A DNA stretch of 64,000 bases from Cenococcum geophilum (taxonomy: Eukaryota), in assembly GCA_050273025.1 (NCBI GenBank), contig CP158636.1:1054001-1118000 (forward strand), given 5' to 3'. A program made the translations under genes and the position numbers. Below are positions 63,841 through 64,000 of the stretch, in pieces (the first letter of the stretch is position 1; each line of letters opens with the position of its first letter). Under the pieces are notes generated by a model. That model was not told where the DNA came from and made no database searches. It saw only the letters and a program-made list of their open reading frames with translations.

Positions 63841-64000
63841 ATGTCGAACCCCAACATCCTCATCTCTGGTTCCGGCATCGCGGGTAGTGTCTTCGCATTC
63901 TGGCTGCTCCGTGCCTTTCCCAACGCCAACATCACTATAGTTGAGCGCGATCCTTCCCTCCGCTTGACTGGTGCCAGCGTCGACATACGCAGCTCAGCCG
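63841..64000 (+). CDS. FAD-dependent monooxygenase/oxidoreductase, N-terminus (runs off the window)
   Basis: MSNPNILISGSGIAG..ITIVER..RLTGASVDIR: Rossmann GxGxxG dinucleotide-binding motif. Confidence 0.85.
   Translation, partial: MSNPNILISGSGIAGSVFAFWLLRAFPNANITIVERDPSLRLTGASVDIRSSA

Noticed and set aside
45200..64000. Starship giant transposon
   Set aside because: Cargo-like genes are present, but no tyrosine-recombinase captain or defined boundaries are visible.
1..64000. CRISPR array or prokaryotic operon
   Set aside because: Sequence is eukaryotic with introns; no repeat-spacer array seen.

Overview
Filamentous-ascomycete (Pezizomycotina; a Dothideomycete is plausible but inferred) nuclear DNA with GT..CTAAC..YAG introns and RIP-mutated repeats. 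1-11.7 kb: nested, TpA-rich transposon relics (two Ty3/Gypsy elements, a LINE-tailed non-coding element, a TIR miniature element). 12.6-25.7 kb: intact genes (NOT1, an F-BAR/SH3 Cdc15/Imp2/Hof1-type protein, a small secreted protein). 27.8-31 kb: decayed Zn2Cys6 factor and MFS transporter. 37.6-39 kb: Ran1/Pat1-type kinase amid long non-coding DNA. 45-64 kb: accessory region with tRNA-Trp, a 3-exon 83-aa AT-hook/YABBY-like gene missed by the ORF track, a Tad1-like LINE with a 14-bp TSD, a pogo remnant, a hypothetical gene and the start of an FAD monooxygenase. Standout observations: (1) the tRNA-Trp(CCA) gene has, besides its anticodon-loop intron, a 50-nt D-loop insert with spliceosomal branch-point and acceptor signals; (2) a head-to-head pair of an MLKL-like HeLo-pseudokinase and a kinase-ankyrin gene, resembling a RIPK-MLKL necroptosis module; (3) that HeLo-pseudokinase is split by an 896-bp inversion that swapped C-termini in frame with a convergent neighbour. 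All calls come from manual reading; no database searches were run.
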